Below, piece after piece: positions 63,928 through 64,000 of a stretch of 64,000 nucleotides of DNA. The position numbers and the translations under genes were made by a program. The notes below the pieces were generated by a model that was given only the letters and a program-made list of their open reading frames with translations, did no database searches and was not told where the DNA came from. This DNA comes from a virus: IMG/VR virus record IMGVR_UViG_3300046474_000370, positions 37,111-101,110 of that record; one strand, written 5' to 3'. The stretch's first letter is position 1, and each line of letters starts with the position of its first letter.

Positions 63928-64000
63928 ATGTCCAAAATCGACGATCTCGCCAACCTGCCGGGCCAGCCCGCCCCCGACAACAGCCCGCGTGCCGCCCGTG
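63928..64000 (+). CDS. Start of the next late gene (truncated)
   Basis: ATG after GGAG; frame open to the window end. Confidence 0.5.
   Translation, partial: MSKIDDLANLPGQPAPDNSPRAAR

Larger units (their letters stand above)
3546..64000. mobile_element. Temperate phage/prophage, lambdoid early region with podovirus-like morphogenesis genes; continues past the right edge
   Basis: cI/cro, RecT/Exo/SSB/NinB, O-like rep, Q-like protein, TerS/TerL, portal, scaffold, capsid, adaptor, nozzle, fibres; left boundary uncertain. Confidence 0.93.

Noticed and set aside
1-64000. tRNA/rRNA genes, integrase, att sites, lysis cassette, transposases
   Set aside because: None recognised by eye; small TM ORFs lack an adjacent endolysin, so they were not called holins

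Overview
High-GC window, most likely from an Oxalobacteraceae-type betaproteobacterium (inferred from a family-typical HTH gene). It starts with a colicin V-type microcin export cluster (1-3508: membrane fusion protein, double-glycine precursor, putative immunity gene, C39-peptidase ABC transporter). This abuts, with no visible integrase or att site, about 60 kb of a temperate phage with a lambdoid early region and podovirus-like virion genes. The phage comprises: a leftward early/recombination operon (NinB, SSB, YqaJ exonuclease, RecT); a cI/cro switch with 19-bp operators; replication genes (O-like initiator with iterons, DnaB-like helicase); a Q-like antiterminator and pR'-like late promoter; terminase, portal, scaffold and N4-gp56-like capsid; two fibre modules; DNA methylase and PAPS-reductase-like genes; a methyltransferase-glycosyltransferase fusion; and tail genes. 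Two large antisense accessory operons (19.3-25.3 kb, 29.6-35.7 kb) interrupt the late region. The most notable signals are: a CI repressor lacking its autocleavage residues; a four-member MSRNxREGxY micro-protein family next to a stand-alone CapW/BrxR-like wHTH; several candidate sRNAs, two with anti-Shine-Dalgarno seeds; two bead-on-rope fibre modules with countable repeats; and two paralogues with matching 13-octapeptide tails. All family calls are by eye from motifs; no searches were run.
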